DNA of 64,000 bases from an uncultured Pelagibacteraceae bacterium (GCA_902526085.1 CABZJN010000002.1:28716-92715), one strand, 5' to 3'. Positions 28,109 to 37,784 are shown, counted from the first letter of the stretch. Notes: generated from the sequence alone by a model not told the origin. Made by a program: numbers and translations.

Positions 28109-29728
28109 ATGTCCAGAGAAGTGATGGAATACGATGTTGTAATCGTAGGTGGCGGACCATCGGGACTTTCAACTGCAATAAAATTAAAGCAGTTAAATCC
28201 AGATATTAATGTCTGCCTTTTAGAAAAAGCATCTGAAATAGGTGCACATATTTTATCCGGGAACGTGTTTGAAACACGAGCCTTAGATGAACTATTGCCA
28301 AATTGGAAAGATCTTAATCCACCAATTAAAACAAAAGTTAATAAAGAAAAGTTTCTATTCCTAGGAAAGACAAAAAAAATAAGTTGGCCAACTTGGTTAT
28401 TACCTAAAGTGCAACAAAATCATAATAATTATATTATTAGTCTTGCTAATTTATGTAGATGGTTAGCAGAACAAGCTGAAACTCTTGGAGTTGAAATATT
28501 CCCAGGTTTTCCGGCAAGTGAAGTTTTATATAATGAAGATGGTTCTGTTAAGGGTGTAGCAACTCAAGATATGGGTTTAGATAAAGAAGGAAATAAAAAA
28601 GATGGTTATGAACCGGGAATGGAACTTCACGCAAAAGTTACAGTTTTTGCCGAAGGTTGCAGAGGACATCTAGGTAAAGAATTAATTAAAAAATTTGATT
28701 TAGATAAAGGAAAAGATCCACAACAGTATGGAATTGGATTTAAAGAAATTTGGGAGTTGAAAGAAGAAAATCACGATGAAGGTCTAGTGATGCATACAGC
28801 AGGCTGGCCATTAGATAATAGTACATATGGTGGAAGTTTTGTTTATCATGCTGAAAATAAACAGATATTTTTAGGATATGTGATTGGTCTTGATTATAAA
28901 AATCCTCATCTTTCGCCATTTGATGAATTTCAAAAATTTAAAACTCATCCTGCGATTAGATCAATATTAGAAGGTGGTAAAAGAATATCATACGGAGCAA
29001 GAGCACTTATAGAGGGAGGTTTTCAAAGTCTACCCAGAATGTTTATGCCTGGTGCATTATTAGTTGGTTGTGATGCTGGTACATTAAATATGCCGAAAAT
29101 TAAAGGATCACATACTGCAATGAAAAGTGGAATGATTGCAGCAGAAACTATTATTGATCACATTAAATCAAGCAAAGAATTATCTATTTATGAGGAAAAA
29201 TTTAAAAAAAGTTGGGTTTATAAAGAGTTATATGAGGCTAGAAATGTTAAACCTAGCTTTAGCTGGGGTCTAATTCTTGGAATAATATTTACAGGGATTG
29301 ATCAAATTTTATTTAAAGGAAGATTGCCGTTCACACTTAAACATAAACATGCTGATCACGAAACTTTAAAACCAGCAAGTGAAATGCCAAAAATAGATTA
29401 TCCAAAACCAGATAATGTTATTACATTTGATAAAACAAGTTCAGTTTATCTAACAGGAACTAATCATGCTGAAAATCAACCAGTACATCTTCAACTTAAA
29501 GACAAATATTTACCAATAAAATATACTCTAGGTAAATACGACGAGCCTGCACAAAGATACTGTCCAGTTGGAGTTTATGAAATTCAAAAAGAAGATGATG
29601 TTGAGAAATTTGTGATTAATTCTCAAAATTGCATTCATTGTAAAACTTGCGATATAAAAGAGCCATCACAAAATATTACCTGGGTCACGCCAGAAGGTGG
29701 GGGTGGACCTAAGTACGGAAATATGTAA
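28109..29728 (+). CDS. Electron transfer flavoprotein-ubiquinone oxidoreductase
   Basis: VGGGPSGL, GAHILSG, KIKGSHTAMKSG and the 4Fe-4S motif RYCP...NCIHCKTCDIK. Confidence 0.97.
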   Translation: MSREVMEYDVVIVGGGPSGLSTAIKLKQLNPDINVCLLEKASEIGAHILSGNVFETRALDELLPNWKDLNPPIKTKVNKEKFLFLGKTKKISWPTWLLPKVQQNHNNYIISLANLCRWLAEQAETLGVEIFPGFPASEVLYNEDGSVKGVATQDMGLDKEGNKKDGYEPGMELHAKVTVFAEGCRGHLGKELIKKFDLDKGKDPQQYGIGFKEIWELKEENHDEGLVMHTAGWPLDNSTYGGSFVYHAENKQIFLGYVIGLDYKNPHLSPFDEFQKFKTHPAIRSILEGGKRISYGARALIEGGFQSLPRMFMPGALLVGCDAGTLNMPKIKGSHTAMKSGMIAAETIIDHIKSSKELSIYEEKFKKSWVYKELYEARNVKPSFSWGLILGIIFTGIDQILFKGRLPFTLKHKHADHETLKPASEMPKIDYPKPDNVITFDKTSSVYLTGTNHAENQPVHLQLKDKYLPIKYTLGKYDEPAQRYCPVGVYEIQKEDDVEKFVINSQNCIHCKTCDIKEPSQNITWVTPEGGGGPKYGNM

Positions 29729-30103
29729 TTAAGACAGATCTATTGCAAATTTTTTTAAAGTTTCAATTGGTACCAACTTTAAAGTATTAACGTGAGTTTT
29801 TTTCAAATATATAGAACATCCAATTCCCGCCTCTAAAGCTCTTGCAACCCAACTGGCACATACACACCAGTTATCTCCATCTACCAATCCAGGAAAACCA
29901 AATTCAGGGTGAGGTGTTATCAAATCGTTACCAGCCTCTTTACACCATTCTAAAAATTCATCATTAACTTTTACACAAACTGTGTGTAAACCTCGATCGT
30001 TTTCATCTGTGTTACAACAACCGTCCCTGAACCAACCGGTTAATGGATTTTTAGAACATTCTTCAAGATCTTCTCCAAGAACATTTTTTTGAGCCTCACT
30101 CAT
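29729..30103 (-). CDS. DUF2237 family protein
   Basis: NVLGEDLEECS..PLTGWFRDGCC, GNDLITP and GDNWCVCA motifs. Confidence 0.9.
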   Translation of the reverse strand: MSEAQKNVLGEDLEECSKNPLTGWFRDGCCNTDENDRGLHTVCVKVNDEFLEWCKEAGNDLITPHPEFGFPGLVDGDNWCVCASWVARALEAGIGCSIYLKKTHVNTLKLVPIETLKKFAIDLS

Positions 30104-30570
30104 TAAATTTTAGTGGGATTAGGTTGTCCTTTATAAACAACTTCTGGATCAAATTTTTTCTTTTCTTCCTCAAATTTCATTTCTACTTTTCGTCCATTTT
30201 CAATTTTCCCTGTAGGTACTGATCGATAAAAACATGATCTGTAGCCAACATGGCAACTTGCGCCATCACCAATATCTACAGTAATCCAAACTGCATCTTG
30301 GTCATCATCAATTCTTATTTCTTTTATTTTTTGAGTAAACCCACTAGTTTTTCCTTTATGCCAAATTTCTTTTCTAGACCTGCTCCAGTAGTGAGCTTCT
30401 TTCGTTTCTATTGTTAATTTTAAAGCTTCAACATTCATATAACCGTGCATTAGAATCTCTTTGGTTTCTGCACATGTTGTAATTACAGGTATTAAACCAT
30501 CATTATCGAATTTTGGAGATAAAAGGTTACCTTCCTCTATATCAGCGACATTTTCTCTTTTTTTAAACAT
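30103..30570 (-). CDS. hisI: Phosphoribosyl-AMP cyclohydrolase
   Basis: GLIPVI, YWSRSR..W.KG.TSG, DDDQD and CHVGYRSCFYR motifs. Confidence 0.95.
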   Translation of the reverse strand: MFKKRENVADIEEGNLLSPKFDNDGLIPVITTCAETKEILMHGYMNVEALKLTIETKEAHYWSRSRKEIWHKGKTSGFTQKIKEIRIDDDQDAVWITVDIGDGASCHVGYRSCFYRSVPTGKIENGRKVEMKFEEEKKKFDPEVVYKGQPNPTKI

Positions 30571-30650
30571 ATATAAGTCGCATTATCTAACATATTACTG
30601 AATATATTAAATATTTTAAATTTAAGGATTTATATATATAAAAACCCATC

Positions 30651-31253
30651 ATGAAATTAGTAAAAAACGAAAATAACAAGAATACTGAGATTGTAACAGA
30701 TGAGGAAGCGCGTGAAGCTTTTGTTAAAATCTTAAAATGGATAGGTGAAGATCCATCCAGAGAAGGACTATTAGAAACCCCAAAAAGGGTTACGAAAGCA
30801 TTTAAAGAGTACTTTAAAGGCTACAAAGAGGATCCTAAAGAAATTTTAAGCAAAACTTTTGGGGATGTTGAAGGTTACAGCGATATGGTAGTTCAAAAAA
30901 ATATTTCTGTACAAAGTCACTGCGAACATCATATGGCACCTATTATTGGAATCGCACATGTTGCTTATATTCCAAATGAGAGAGTTGTTGGACTCAGCAA
31001 AATTGCAAGAGTTGTGGAAGTTTTTTCAAAAAGGCTTCAAACACAGGAAAGATTAACAGTTCAAATCGCAAATACATTAATGGAGTCACTAGATGCAAAA
31101 GGCGTTGCAGTAACAATTGATTCAACTCACCAGTGTATGACTATGCGAGGTATTAAAAAGGAACAAGCTACAACTGTTACTAATTTTTATTTAGGTCAGT
31201 TTAAAGACGATCTTAGTTATCAGAATAGATATTTGCGATTTATTGCAAAATAG
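30651..31253 (+). CDS. folE: GTP cyclohydrolase I
   Basis: GEDPSREGLLETPKRV, SHCEHH, GLSKIAR, LQTQERLT and HQCMTMRG motifs. Confidence 0.97.
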   Translation: MKLVKNENNKNTEIVTDEEAREAFVKILKWIGEDPSREGLLETPKRVTKAFKEYFKGYKEDPKEILSKTFGDVEGYSDMVVQKNISVQSHCEHHMAPIIGIAHVAYIPNERVVGLSKIARVVEVFSKRLQTQERLTVQIANTLMESLDAKGVAVTIDSTHQCMTMRGIKKEQATTVTNFYLGQFKDDLSYQNRYLRFIAK

Positions 31254-31266
31254 AGTTTAATTATAC

Positions 31267-32271
31267 ATGCCTGAAACTTTCAAAGCTCTGGTCGTAAACC
31301 AGAATGGTGAGAATTTTTCTCAAGAAGTTAAAGAATTAAATTTTGATTTTTTAAATGAGGGTGAAGTTTTAGTTAAAATACAATACTCTGATTTAAATTA
31401 TAAGGACGCTTTGATTTTAAAAGATGGTGCAAAATTAGTAAAAGAGTTTCCAAGAATTCCTGGAATTGATTTTTCAGGTACAGTAGCAGAAAGCAAATCA
31501 GAAGAATTTAAAGAGGGTGATGAGGTAATACTTACTGGTTGCAGAGTTGGAGAATTATATCATGGAGGATTCTCTCAATATACAAGAGTCAAAAAAGAAT
31601 TTCTTATAAAGAAACCCTCAGGTATTGATTTAAAGCAAGCAATGATGATGGGTACAGCAGGCTTTACAGCAATGTTGTGCGCATTTGCTGTAAAAGCAAA
31701 AGAAGAATTACTACTACAAAGTAAAGTGAATGATGTCCTTGTAACAGGTTCAACAGGTGGAGTAGGGATGGTTGCAGTAAATATTCTGTCAAAAATGGGA
31801 TGTAATGTAACTGCAATTACAGGAAAACCTGAAAAAACTAATTATTTAAAAGAATTAGGAGCAAAAACTGTTTTAGATCGTAAAGAATTTGAAGGCGAAC
31901 CAAGATTAATTGGCAAAGGTACTTGGGATGGTGTTGTTGACACTGTTGGTGGTAATATTTTAGCAAATGCAATATCTCAAACAAGATTAAAAGGAATTGT
32001 AGCTGTTTGTGGTAATGCGAGTGGAACTAACAAATTAAATACTTCTGTAGTTCCTTTTTATATCAGAGCTGTAAAACTATGGGGCGTAGATTCAGTTAAT
32101 GTAAGCAATAAAAGAAAAGAATTCGTATGGGGTGAAGTACCAAGTTTAGTAGATTTTAGTATTATAGAAAAATCAATTAAAATAGTTGGGCTTGAGGAAC
32201 TATTGACTGTATTTCCGGAAATGCTTCAAGGTAAATTGAAAAATAGAATTCTAGTGGACGTAAATAAATAA
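31267..32271 (+). CDS. acuI: Acryloyl-CoA reductase (AcuI/YhdH, MDR family)
   Basis: LNYKDAL, PGIDFSG, GTAGFTAM, VTGSTGGVG, VDTVGG and GVDSV motifs. Confidence 0.85.
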   Translation: MPETFKALVVNQNGENFSQEVKELNFDFLNEGEVLVKIQYSDLNYKDALILKDGAKLVKEFPRIPGIDFSGTVAESKSEEFKEGDEVILTGCRVGELYHGGFSQYTRVKKEFLIKKPSGIDLKQAMMMGTAGFTAMLCAFAVKAKEELLLQSKVNDVLVTGSTGGVGMVAVNILSKMGCNVTAITGKPEKTNYLKELGAKTVLDRKEFEGEPRLIGKGTWDGVVDTVGGNILANAISQTRLKGIVAVCGNASGTNKLNTSVVPFYIRAVKLWGVDSVNVSNKRKEFVWGEVPSLVDFSIIEKSIKIVGLEELLTVFPEMLQGKLKNRILVDVNK

Positions 32272-33161
32272 TGGATTGGGATAAATTAAAAATTTTTCAT
32301 GCAGTAGCTGAAGCTGGTAGTTTTACAAGTGCTACTGTAATTTTAAATCTAAGCCAATCTGCAATTAGTAGACAAATTCAATCTTTAGAAGAAGATTTAA
32401 AAGTAAAGTTATTTGAAAGACATGCAAGAGGATTAACGCTTACAGAAAATGGTGAATATGTTTATAAAACTGCACATGAAGTTATCAGTAAACTTAAAGA
32501 GGTAGAAACAACTTTAGGAGATCAAAAACATAAACCAACCGGAAAACTAACAATTACGACTGTTAGAAGTTTTGGTACTCACTGGTTAACCCCGAGAATT
32601 CAAGAGTTTATGCAATTAAATCCAGAAATTGAAATTGAATTAATTTTTGACGATAAAGAGTTAGATTTAAGCACAAGACAAGCCGATATCGGCATATTTA
32701 TGAGAAGACCAAAACAACTTAACTATATTCAAAGAAAACTAATGGATATAAATTACCATATATATGGCTCAAATAAATATCTTGAAAAACATGGTATGCC
32801 TAAATCTATAAGTGATTTAAGCAAGCACAACTTTATATCATTTGGCAGGGGAGCCCCATCACCAGTGTTTAACCCAGATTGGGCATTAAAACTTGGTATG
32901 AAAGATAATAAAAAAAGAAAAACTGTTATGAAAGTAAATAGTGTTATGGGTTTACTGTTAGCAGTCGAAAGTGGTGTAGGCCTTGCGGCACTTCCAGATT
33001 ATTTAGTTTCTTTATCTCGAAATGTAATTAAAGTTCTACCCAGCGTTGAGGGTCCGATTACTGAGGCTCACTTTGTCTTTCCAGAATCTTTGAAAAATGT
33101 AGCAAGGGTTACAACATTCAGAAACTTTCTTTATAGTAAAATTTCAGAATTTAAATCTTAA
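32271..33161 (+). CDS. LysR family transcriptional regulator
   Basis: MDWDKLKIFHAVAEAGSFT...LSQSAISRQIQSLE helix-turn-helix. Confidence 0.95.
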   Translation: MDWDKLKIFHAVAEAGSFTSATVILNLSQSAISRQIQSLEEDLKVKLFERHARGLTLTENGEYVYKTAHEVISKLKEVETTLGDQKHKPTGKLTITTVRSFGTHWLTPRIQEFMQLNPEIEIELIFDDKELDLSTRQADIGIFMRRPKQLNYIQRKLMDINYHIYGSNKYLEKHGMPKSISDLSKHNFISFGRGAPSPVFNPDWALKLGMKDNKKRKTVMKVNSVMGLLLAVESGVGLAALPDYLVSLSRNVIKVLPSVEGPITEAHFVFPESLKNVARVTTFRNFLYSKISEFKS

Positions 33162-33199
33162 AATTCCAACAAAAACAAGGTCTTTGGTGCGTCAATATT

Positions 33200-33235
33200 G
33201 AGATTGATAATCATTCTCAATGCGAATAATTCTCA
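33200..33235 (+). promoter_or_regulatory. Tandem Fur-box-like operators upstream of the iron-binding protein gene
   Basis: 33200-33218 GAGATTGATAATCATTCTC matches 16/19 of GATAATGATAATCATTATC. A second 7-1-7 box, TGCGAAT-A-ATTCTCA, lies at 33221-33235. Confidence 0.8.
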
Positions 33236-33276
33236 GAACTATTATAAACAAAAATAACCAATAGAGAGAGATAATA

Positions 33277-34305
33277 ATGAAGAAAATATCAATTTCAGCA
33301 TTAATTTTATCCTTATTTGTATCGACTTTTGCGATAGCCAACGAGGTAAATATCTTTAATGCTAGGCACTATAAGGCAGACGCAGAGCTTTATGGTAAAT
33401 TTGAAAAAGCAACAGGTATAAAAGTTAATTTAATTAATGGTAAATCTGGCGCATTAGAAAAAAGAATGATCGAAGAAGGAGCAGATTCTGCTGCTGATCT
33501 TTACATTACAGCTGATGCTGGGAGATGTGGTGCCTTTAAAGCAAAAGGAATGACACAAGCAGGACTTGTTTCTCCTACAATTAAATCTTCTGTACCTAAA
33601 AATTTTAGAACAACTCACTGGGTTGGAGTAGCTAAAAGAGCAAGAATTGTTTACTACTCACCTGAAAGAGTAAGTGGTGCCGAGTTATCTGGATTAACTT
33701 ATGAAAGCTTAGCTGATCCAAAATGGAAAGGCAGAATAGCAATAAGAGCATCTAGTAATATTTACAATAAATCTTTAGTTGCTTCATTAGTTAAAAATAA
33801 TGGAAAAAAAGCTGCAGGTGAATGGGCAAAAGGTGTTGTAGCTAATATGGCAAGAGATCCAAAAGGAAATGACAGAGCACAGATTATGGCAGTTGCAGCT
33901 GGAGAAGCTGATATTGCAGTAGCTAATACATATTATTTAGCTTTAATGTTATCTGGTAATAAAGGACCTGAACAACAAGAAGCGGCAAAAAAAGTTAAAG
34001 CATTTTTCCCTAATCAAAATGATCGAGGAACACACATGAACATAAGTTGTGCAGCTTTAGTTAAAGGAGCTCCTAATAAGGCAAATGCAATTGCACTTGT
34101 TGATTTCTTATTATCACCAGAGTCTCAAGAGCACTTTACAAATAATACTTTTGAGTTTCCAATGATAGCTGGGGTTTCGCCAAGCCCACTAGTAGTTAAT
34201 AATCTTGGTTTAGATTTTAAACAAGATCTTACTACAAGTGTTGCTAGTTATGGAGATAAACAAGCAGATGCATTAGAAGTAATGACAGCTGCAGGTTGGA
34301 AGTAA
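33277..34305 (+). CDS. sfuC: Fe(III) ABC transporter substrate-binding protein (FutA/FbpA type; sfuC in SAR11 nomenclature)
   Basis: Signal peptide; ARHY, SSNIYN.SL, GNDRAQI and ANTYY iron-binding Tyr pair; Fur box upstream. Confidence 0.93.
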   Translation: MKKISISALILSLFVSTFAIANEVNIFNARHYKADAELYGKFEKATGIKVNLINGKSGALEKRMIEEGADSAADLYITADAGRCGAFKAKGMTQAGLVSPTIKSSVPKNFRTTHWVGVAKRARIVYYSPERVSGAELSGLTYESLADPKWKGRIAIRASSNIYNKSLVASLVKNNGKKAAGEWAKGVVANMARDPKGNDRAQIMAVAAGEADIAVANTYYLALMLSGNKGPEQQEAAKKVKAFFPNQNDRGTHMNISCAALVKGAPNKANAIALVDFLLSPESQEHFTNNTFEFPMIAGVSPSPLVVNNLGLDFKQDLTTSVASYGDKQADALEVMTAAGWK

Positions 34306-34328
34306 CATTGAAGACTAAGAAAAAATTT

Positions 34329-34478
34329 ATGTCTGATGTTAATTTTAGTAAGTCAGCCCAGCCATGTACTCCATGTGCTGAGGAGTGTAAAAAAATTAAT
34401 AGAAGAATAAATAAAAGAAAGTTTTCAGAGATAAATACTAAAGATTTTCCGCACATTCTAAAAGTATTCAATATCTGA
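34329..34478 (+). CDS. 49-aa Cys-rich microprotein (CxxCxxxC)
   Basis: ATG 34329 gives MSDVNFSKSAQPCTPCAEECKKINRRINKRKFSEINTKDFPHILKVFNI*. It lies between the sfuC stop and the terminator. No clear RBS. Confidence 0.55.
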   Translation: MSDVNFSKSAQPCTPCAEECKKINRRINKRKFSEINTKDFPHILKVFNI

Positions 34479-34493
34479 CTTTTCTTAATAAAG

Positions 34494-34522
34494 GTGCCTA
34501 TGTTATCCTCATAGGCACTTTT
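34494..34522 (+). terminator. Intrinsic terminator after sfuC and the microprotein
   Basis: GTGCCTATG-N7-CATAGGCAC 9-bp stem followed by TTTT. Confidence 0.75.
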
Positions 34523-34544
34523 AAATTTACACAAAACTTTTGAC

Positions 34545-35087
34545 ATGATTGGACTTCAAATACCTAAAGTAATTTTTAAAACAAGAGAAGGAGATAGTTC
34601 ATCATCTCTCAATGAATGTTCTATAGGTGGAAAATGGGTCGATAAGTCTACTGATGATTATTTTAATGGAAAAAGAGTTATAATTTTTAGCCTCCCTGGT
34701 GCATTTACGCCCACATGTTCTTCTCAACAACTACCAGGTTTTGAGACTAATTATTTTAAGCTAAAAGAGCTTGGAATTGATGAAATATACTGCTGTTCGG
34801 TTAACGACTCTTACACAATGAACGCATGGGCAGAAAAATTACAAATTAAAAATATCAAACTTATACCTGATGGTTCAGGACTTTTTACTAAATTTATGGG
34901 TATGCTAGTTTCTAAAGATCACAATGGATTTGGTCAAAGAAGTTGGAGATATATGGCCATAATTAATAATGGAATTATTGAAAAATGGTGGCAAGAACCT
35001 GGTATTAATAATGATGGCTTAGATGATGATCCTTACATCGAGACAACACCAGATAATTGTATTAAATACCTCTCAGAAAAAAAATAA
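34545..35087 (+). CDS. Peroxiredoxin (Prx5/redoxin type)
   Basis: FSLPGAFTPTCS, SVNDSY.MNAW, IPDGSG.FT and RSWRY motifs. Confidence 0.93.
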   Translation: MIGLQIPKVIFKTREGDSSSSLNECSIGGKWVDKSTDDYFNGKRVIIFSLPGAFTPTCSSQQLPGFETNYFKLKELGIDEIYCCSVNDSYTMNAWAEKLQIKNIKLIPDGSGLFTKFMGMLVSKDHNGFGQRSWRYMAIINNGIIEKWWQEPGINNDGLDDDPYIETTPDNCIKYLSEKK

Positions 35088-35104
35088 AAGAAATTAGTTT
35101 TTAA

Positions 35105-36733
35105 ATGTTTTCAAATAAATTAAATTTGTGGTTTTTAAGCTCTGTATTAATTTCATTTTTAGTTATTATTCCTATTTTAACAGTTGCTTTAAGTTTTTTT
35201 GAGGATACATCTCGGTATTTTGAAATACTTAAAAATACTTTTTTATACGAATACATCTTTAATTCATTGTCACTTTTAGTGGGTGTTTTAATTTTAACAT
35301 TTATTTTAGGAGTTGGATCAGCATACATAGTTTCATTTTATAAATTTCCAGGAGTAAATTTCTTTAAATGGGCATTAATTTTATCCTTCGCGATTCCCCC
35401 TTATATATATGCATACTCATTATTTGCTTTTTTTGATAATTACGGAACAGCATTTACTATATTGAAGAATATATTTGGCGATGGAGAGTATAACCAACAT
35501 ATACCAAAGTTTGATGGCATGTTTGGTTTGATTTTATCAATTTCTTTTTCTCTCTACGCATATGTTTATATACTTGCTAGATCCTCATTTTTATATCAAT
35601 CACAAAACTTAATAGAACTTGGTAAAAATTTAGGGTTTTCAAAAATTAAATCTTTCTTCTCTATAATCTTACCTGCAGCTCGACCAGCAATTGTTGCTGG
35701 ATTATCATTAGTAGCAATGGAAACACTAGCTGAGTTCGGCGCTGTAGATTTTTTTTCGGTAAACACTTTAACAACTGGAATTTATAACGCTTGGATAACA
35801 TTCGACGATTTAGCTTTTGCAAACAGAATATCTTTTTTCTTATTGCTATTTATATTTATTCTGTTTTTGACAGAGAACTTATCTAGAAAAAAAGCAAAAT
35901 ATCATTTGGACTCTAGAGGTGGATTTAAACAAAAGGAGAAAATAAAACTATCAGGTGTAAATTCCTTTTTTGCTTTTTCATTTTGTTTTTTATTATTCTT
36001 TATTAGTTTTTTATTTCCTTTAGGACAAATGTTGTATTGGACAATAAAATTTCCAGAGAACTTCTTTGATGTAAATGTAATTAGTCTTTTATTAAATACT
36101 TTATATTTAGTGACCTTATCTAGCTTTGTTTTAATTACTTTTGCATTGATATCAAATTATGGTAACCGAGTTTCCAAAAATAAAACTCTTAACTTTCTTT
36201 CAACATTATCAATCTCTGGATATGCAATACCTGGAGTAATACTAGCTGTTGCTTTTATAACTTTTATTGCTTGGTTTGATAATAACATAATTAAATCACT
36301 TGGATTTTTATCAATTAAAAAAATATTTATTGGGTCAATATTAGGATTAGTCATTGTCTATTTCATTCGTTTTTACTCACTTGCATTCAACGGAATAAAA
36401 TCAGGTTATGAAAAAATAAATATTTCAGTTGATGAGAGTGCATACCTTCTTGGATATTCAAAAAGAAAGACATTTACCAATATTCATATTCCTTATTTGA
36501 GAAACTCTCTTCTATTTGTTGTAATATTGATCTCACTGGAAATAATTAGAGAACTGCCAATCACATTAGTTTTAAGGCCTTTTAATTTTGAAACCTTCGC
36601 AACTACAGCTTACATTTCGGCTTCAGAGGATATGCTTGAAGCAGCAGCGGTTCCGTCATTATTTTTGATTTTAATTGCCGCTTTTTTTATTACAATATCA
36701 TCTAATTATATTTTAAAAGAACGTAATGACTAA
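35105..36733 (+). CDS. sfuB: Fe(III) ABC transporter permease
   Basis: Two-repeat permease; LPAARPAIVAGLSLVAMETL.EFG and RELPITL.LRPFNFET motifs. Confidence 0.92.
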   Translation: MFSNKLNLWFLSSVLISFLVIIPILTVALSFFEDTSRYFEILKNTFLYEYIFNSLSLLVGVLILTFILGVGSAYIVSFYKFPGVNFFKWALILSFAIPPYIYAYSLFAFFDNYGTAFTILKNIFGDGEYNQHIPKFDGMFGLILSISFSLYAYVYILARSSFLYQSQNLIELGKNLGFSKIKSFFSIILPAARPAIVAGLSLVAMETLAEFGAVDFFSVNTLTTGIYNAWITFDDLAFANRISFFLLLFIFILFLTENLSRKKAKYHLDSRGGFKQKEKIKLSGVNSFFAFSFCFLLFFISFLFPLGQMLYWTIKFPENFFDVNVISLLLNTLYLVTLSSFVLITFALISNYGNRVSKNKTLNFLSTLSISGYAIPGVILAVAFITFIAWFDNNIIKSLGFLSIKKIFIGSILGLVIVYFIRFYSLAFNGIKSGYEKINISVDESAYLLGYSKRKTFTNIHIPYLRNSLLFVVILISLEIIRELPITLVLRPFNFETFATTAYISASEDMLEAAAVPSLFLILIAAFFITISSNYILKERND

Positions 36734-37784
36734 AAATTTTTTAGAAATTAATAATGTTGATTTTAATGTAGGAGGTACAACAAAAGTAAAAAATGTTACC
36801 TTTTCAATACGAAATGAGGGAGAAATTATTTGTTTATTAGGCCCATCAGGAATAGGAAAAACTACAATTTTAAGAACTATAGCTGGTTTAGAAAAAATAA
36901 ATAATGGAACTATAACAATCAATAATAAAATAATGTCCTCAAAAAAAATTCATGTTGAACCAGAGGACAGAAACATCTCGCTTGCTTTTCAAGAAAATAG
37001 TTTATTCCCACATTACAATGTAGAAAAAAATATTTTAATTGGCACCGAAAAAAAAAGTAAAAAAAAAAGAAAGATCAATCCAAAGGAAATAATTAATTTT
37101 TTAAACTTAAATAAAATATTAAATAAATATCCGCATGAAATTAGTGCAGGAGAAGCTCAAAGAGCATCATTAGCTAGGTCATTAGTTTCAAATCCAGACT
37201 TGTTACTTTTAGATGAGCCTCTTTCAAACGTTGATCAAAGCTTTAAAGAGGAAATACAAGTTGAATTAAAACAATTATTAAGTAAATCCAAAATAACAAC
37301 CATTATTGTTACACACGACTCATACGAAGCGTTTTACCTAGGAAGCAAATGTGGAATAATCTTAAATAAACAATTAAAGCAATTTGATGACCCTTATAAT
37401 GTTTATCATTTTCCTAATTCAGTAGAAGTGGTAAATTTTTTGAATAGAGGAATTTTAATTCCTGCAAGAGTTACAAGTGAAAATAGTTTAGAAAATAAAG
37501 ATCTTGGAACAATCCAAGGTAATTTTGTAAAACATTACCCTAATGGGGCAGATGTTAAGCTTTTACTACAACCAGAAGATTTAGAGCATGATGATAAAAG
37601 CAATTTAAAATTAGAAGTTGTTGATCGTAAATTTAGAGGAACAAATTTTATATACACTCTTAAAACTGAGAGTAATTTACAAATTCCAGTATTCGTTCAC
37701 TCTCATCACATTCATCAACATGAGGTAGATGAAAAGTTTGGCATTAAAAGGCCTATCCATATTGACCACATTGTCTGTTTTTAA
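36726..37784 (+). CDS. sfuA: Fe(III) ABC transporter ATP-binding protein with a His-rich C-terminus
   Basis: Walker A GPSGIGKTT, LLLLDEPLS and VTHD; C-terminal HSHHIHQH...HIDHIVCF. Confidence 0.9.
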   Translation: MTKNFLEINNVDFNVGGTTKVKNVTFSIRNEGEIICLLGPSGIGKTTILRTIAGLEKINNGTITINNKIMSSKKIHVEPEDRNISLAFQENSLFPHYNVEKNILIGTEKKSKKKRKINPKEIINFLNLNKILNKYPHEISAGEAQRASLARSLVSNPDLLLLDEPLSNVDQSFKEEIQVELKQLLSKSKITTIIVTHDSYEAFYLGSKCGIILNKQLKQFDDPYNVYHFPNSVEVVNFLNRGILIPARVTSENSLENKDLGTIQGNFVKHYPNGADVKLLLQPEDLEHDDKSNLKLEVVDRKFRGTNFIYTLKTESNLQIPVFVHSHHIHQHEVDEKFGIKRPIHIDHIVCF

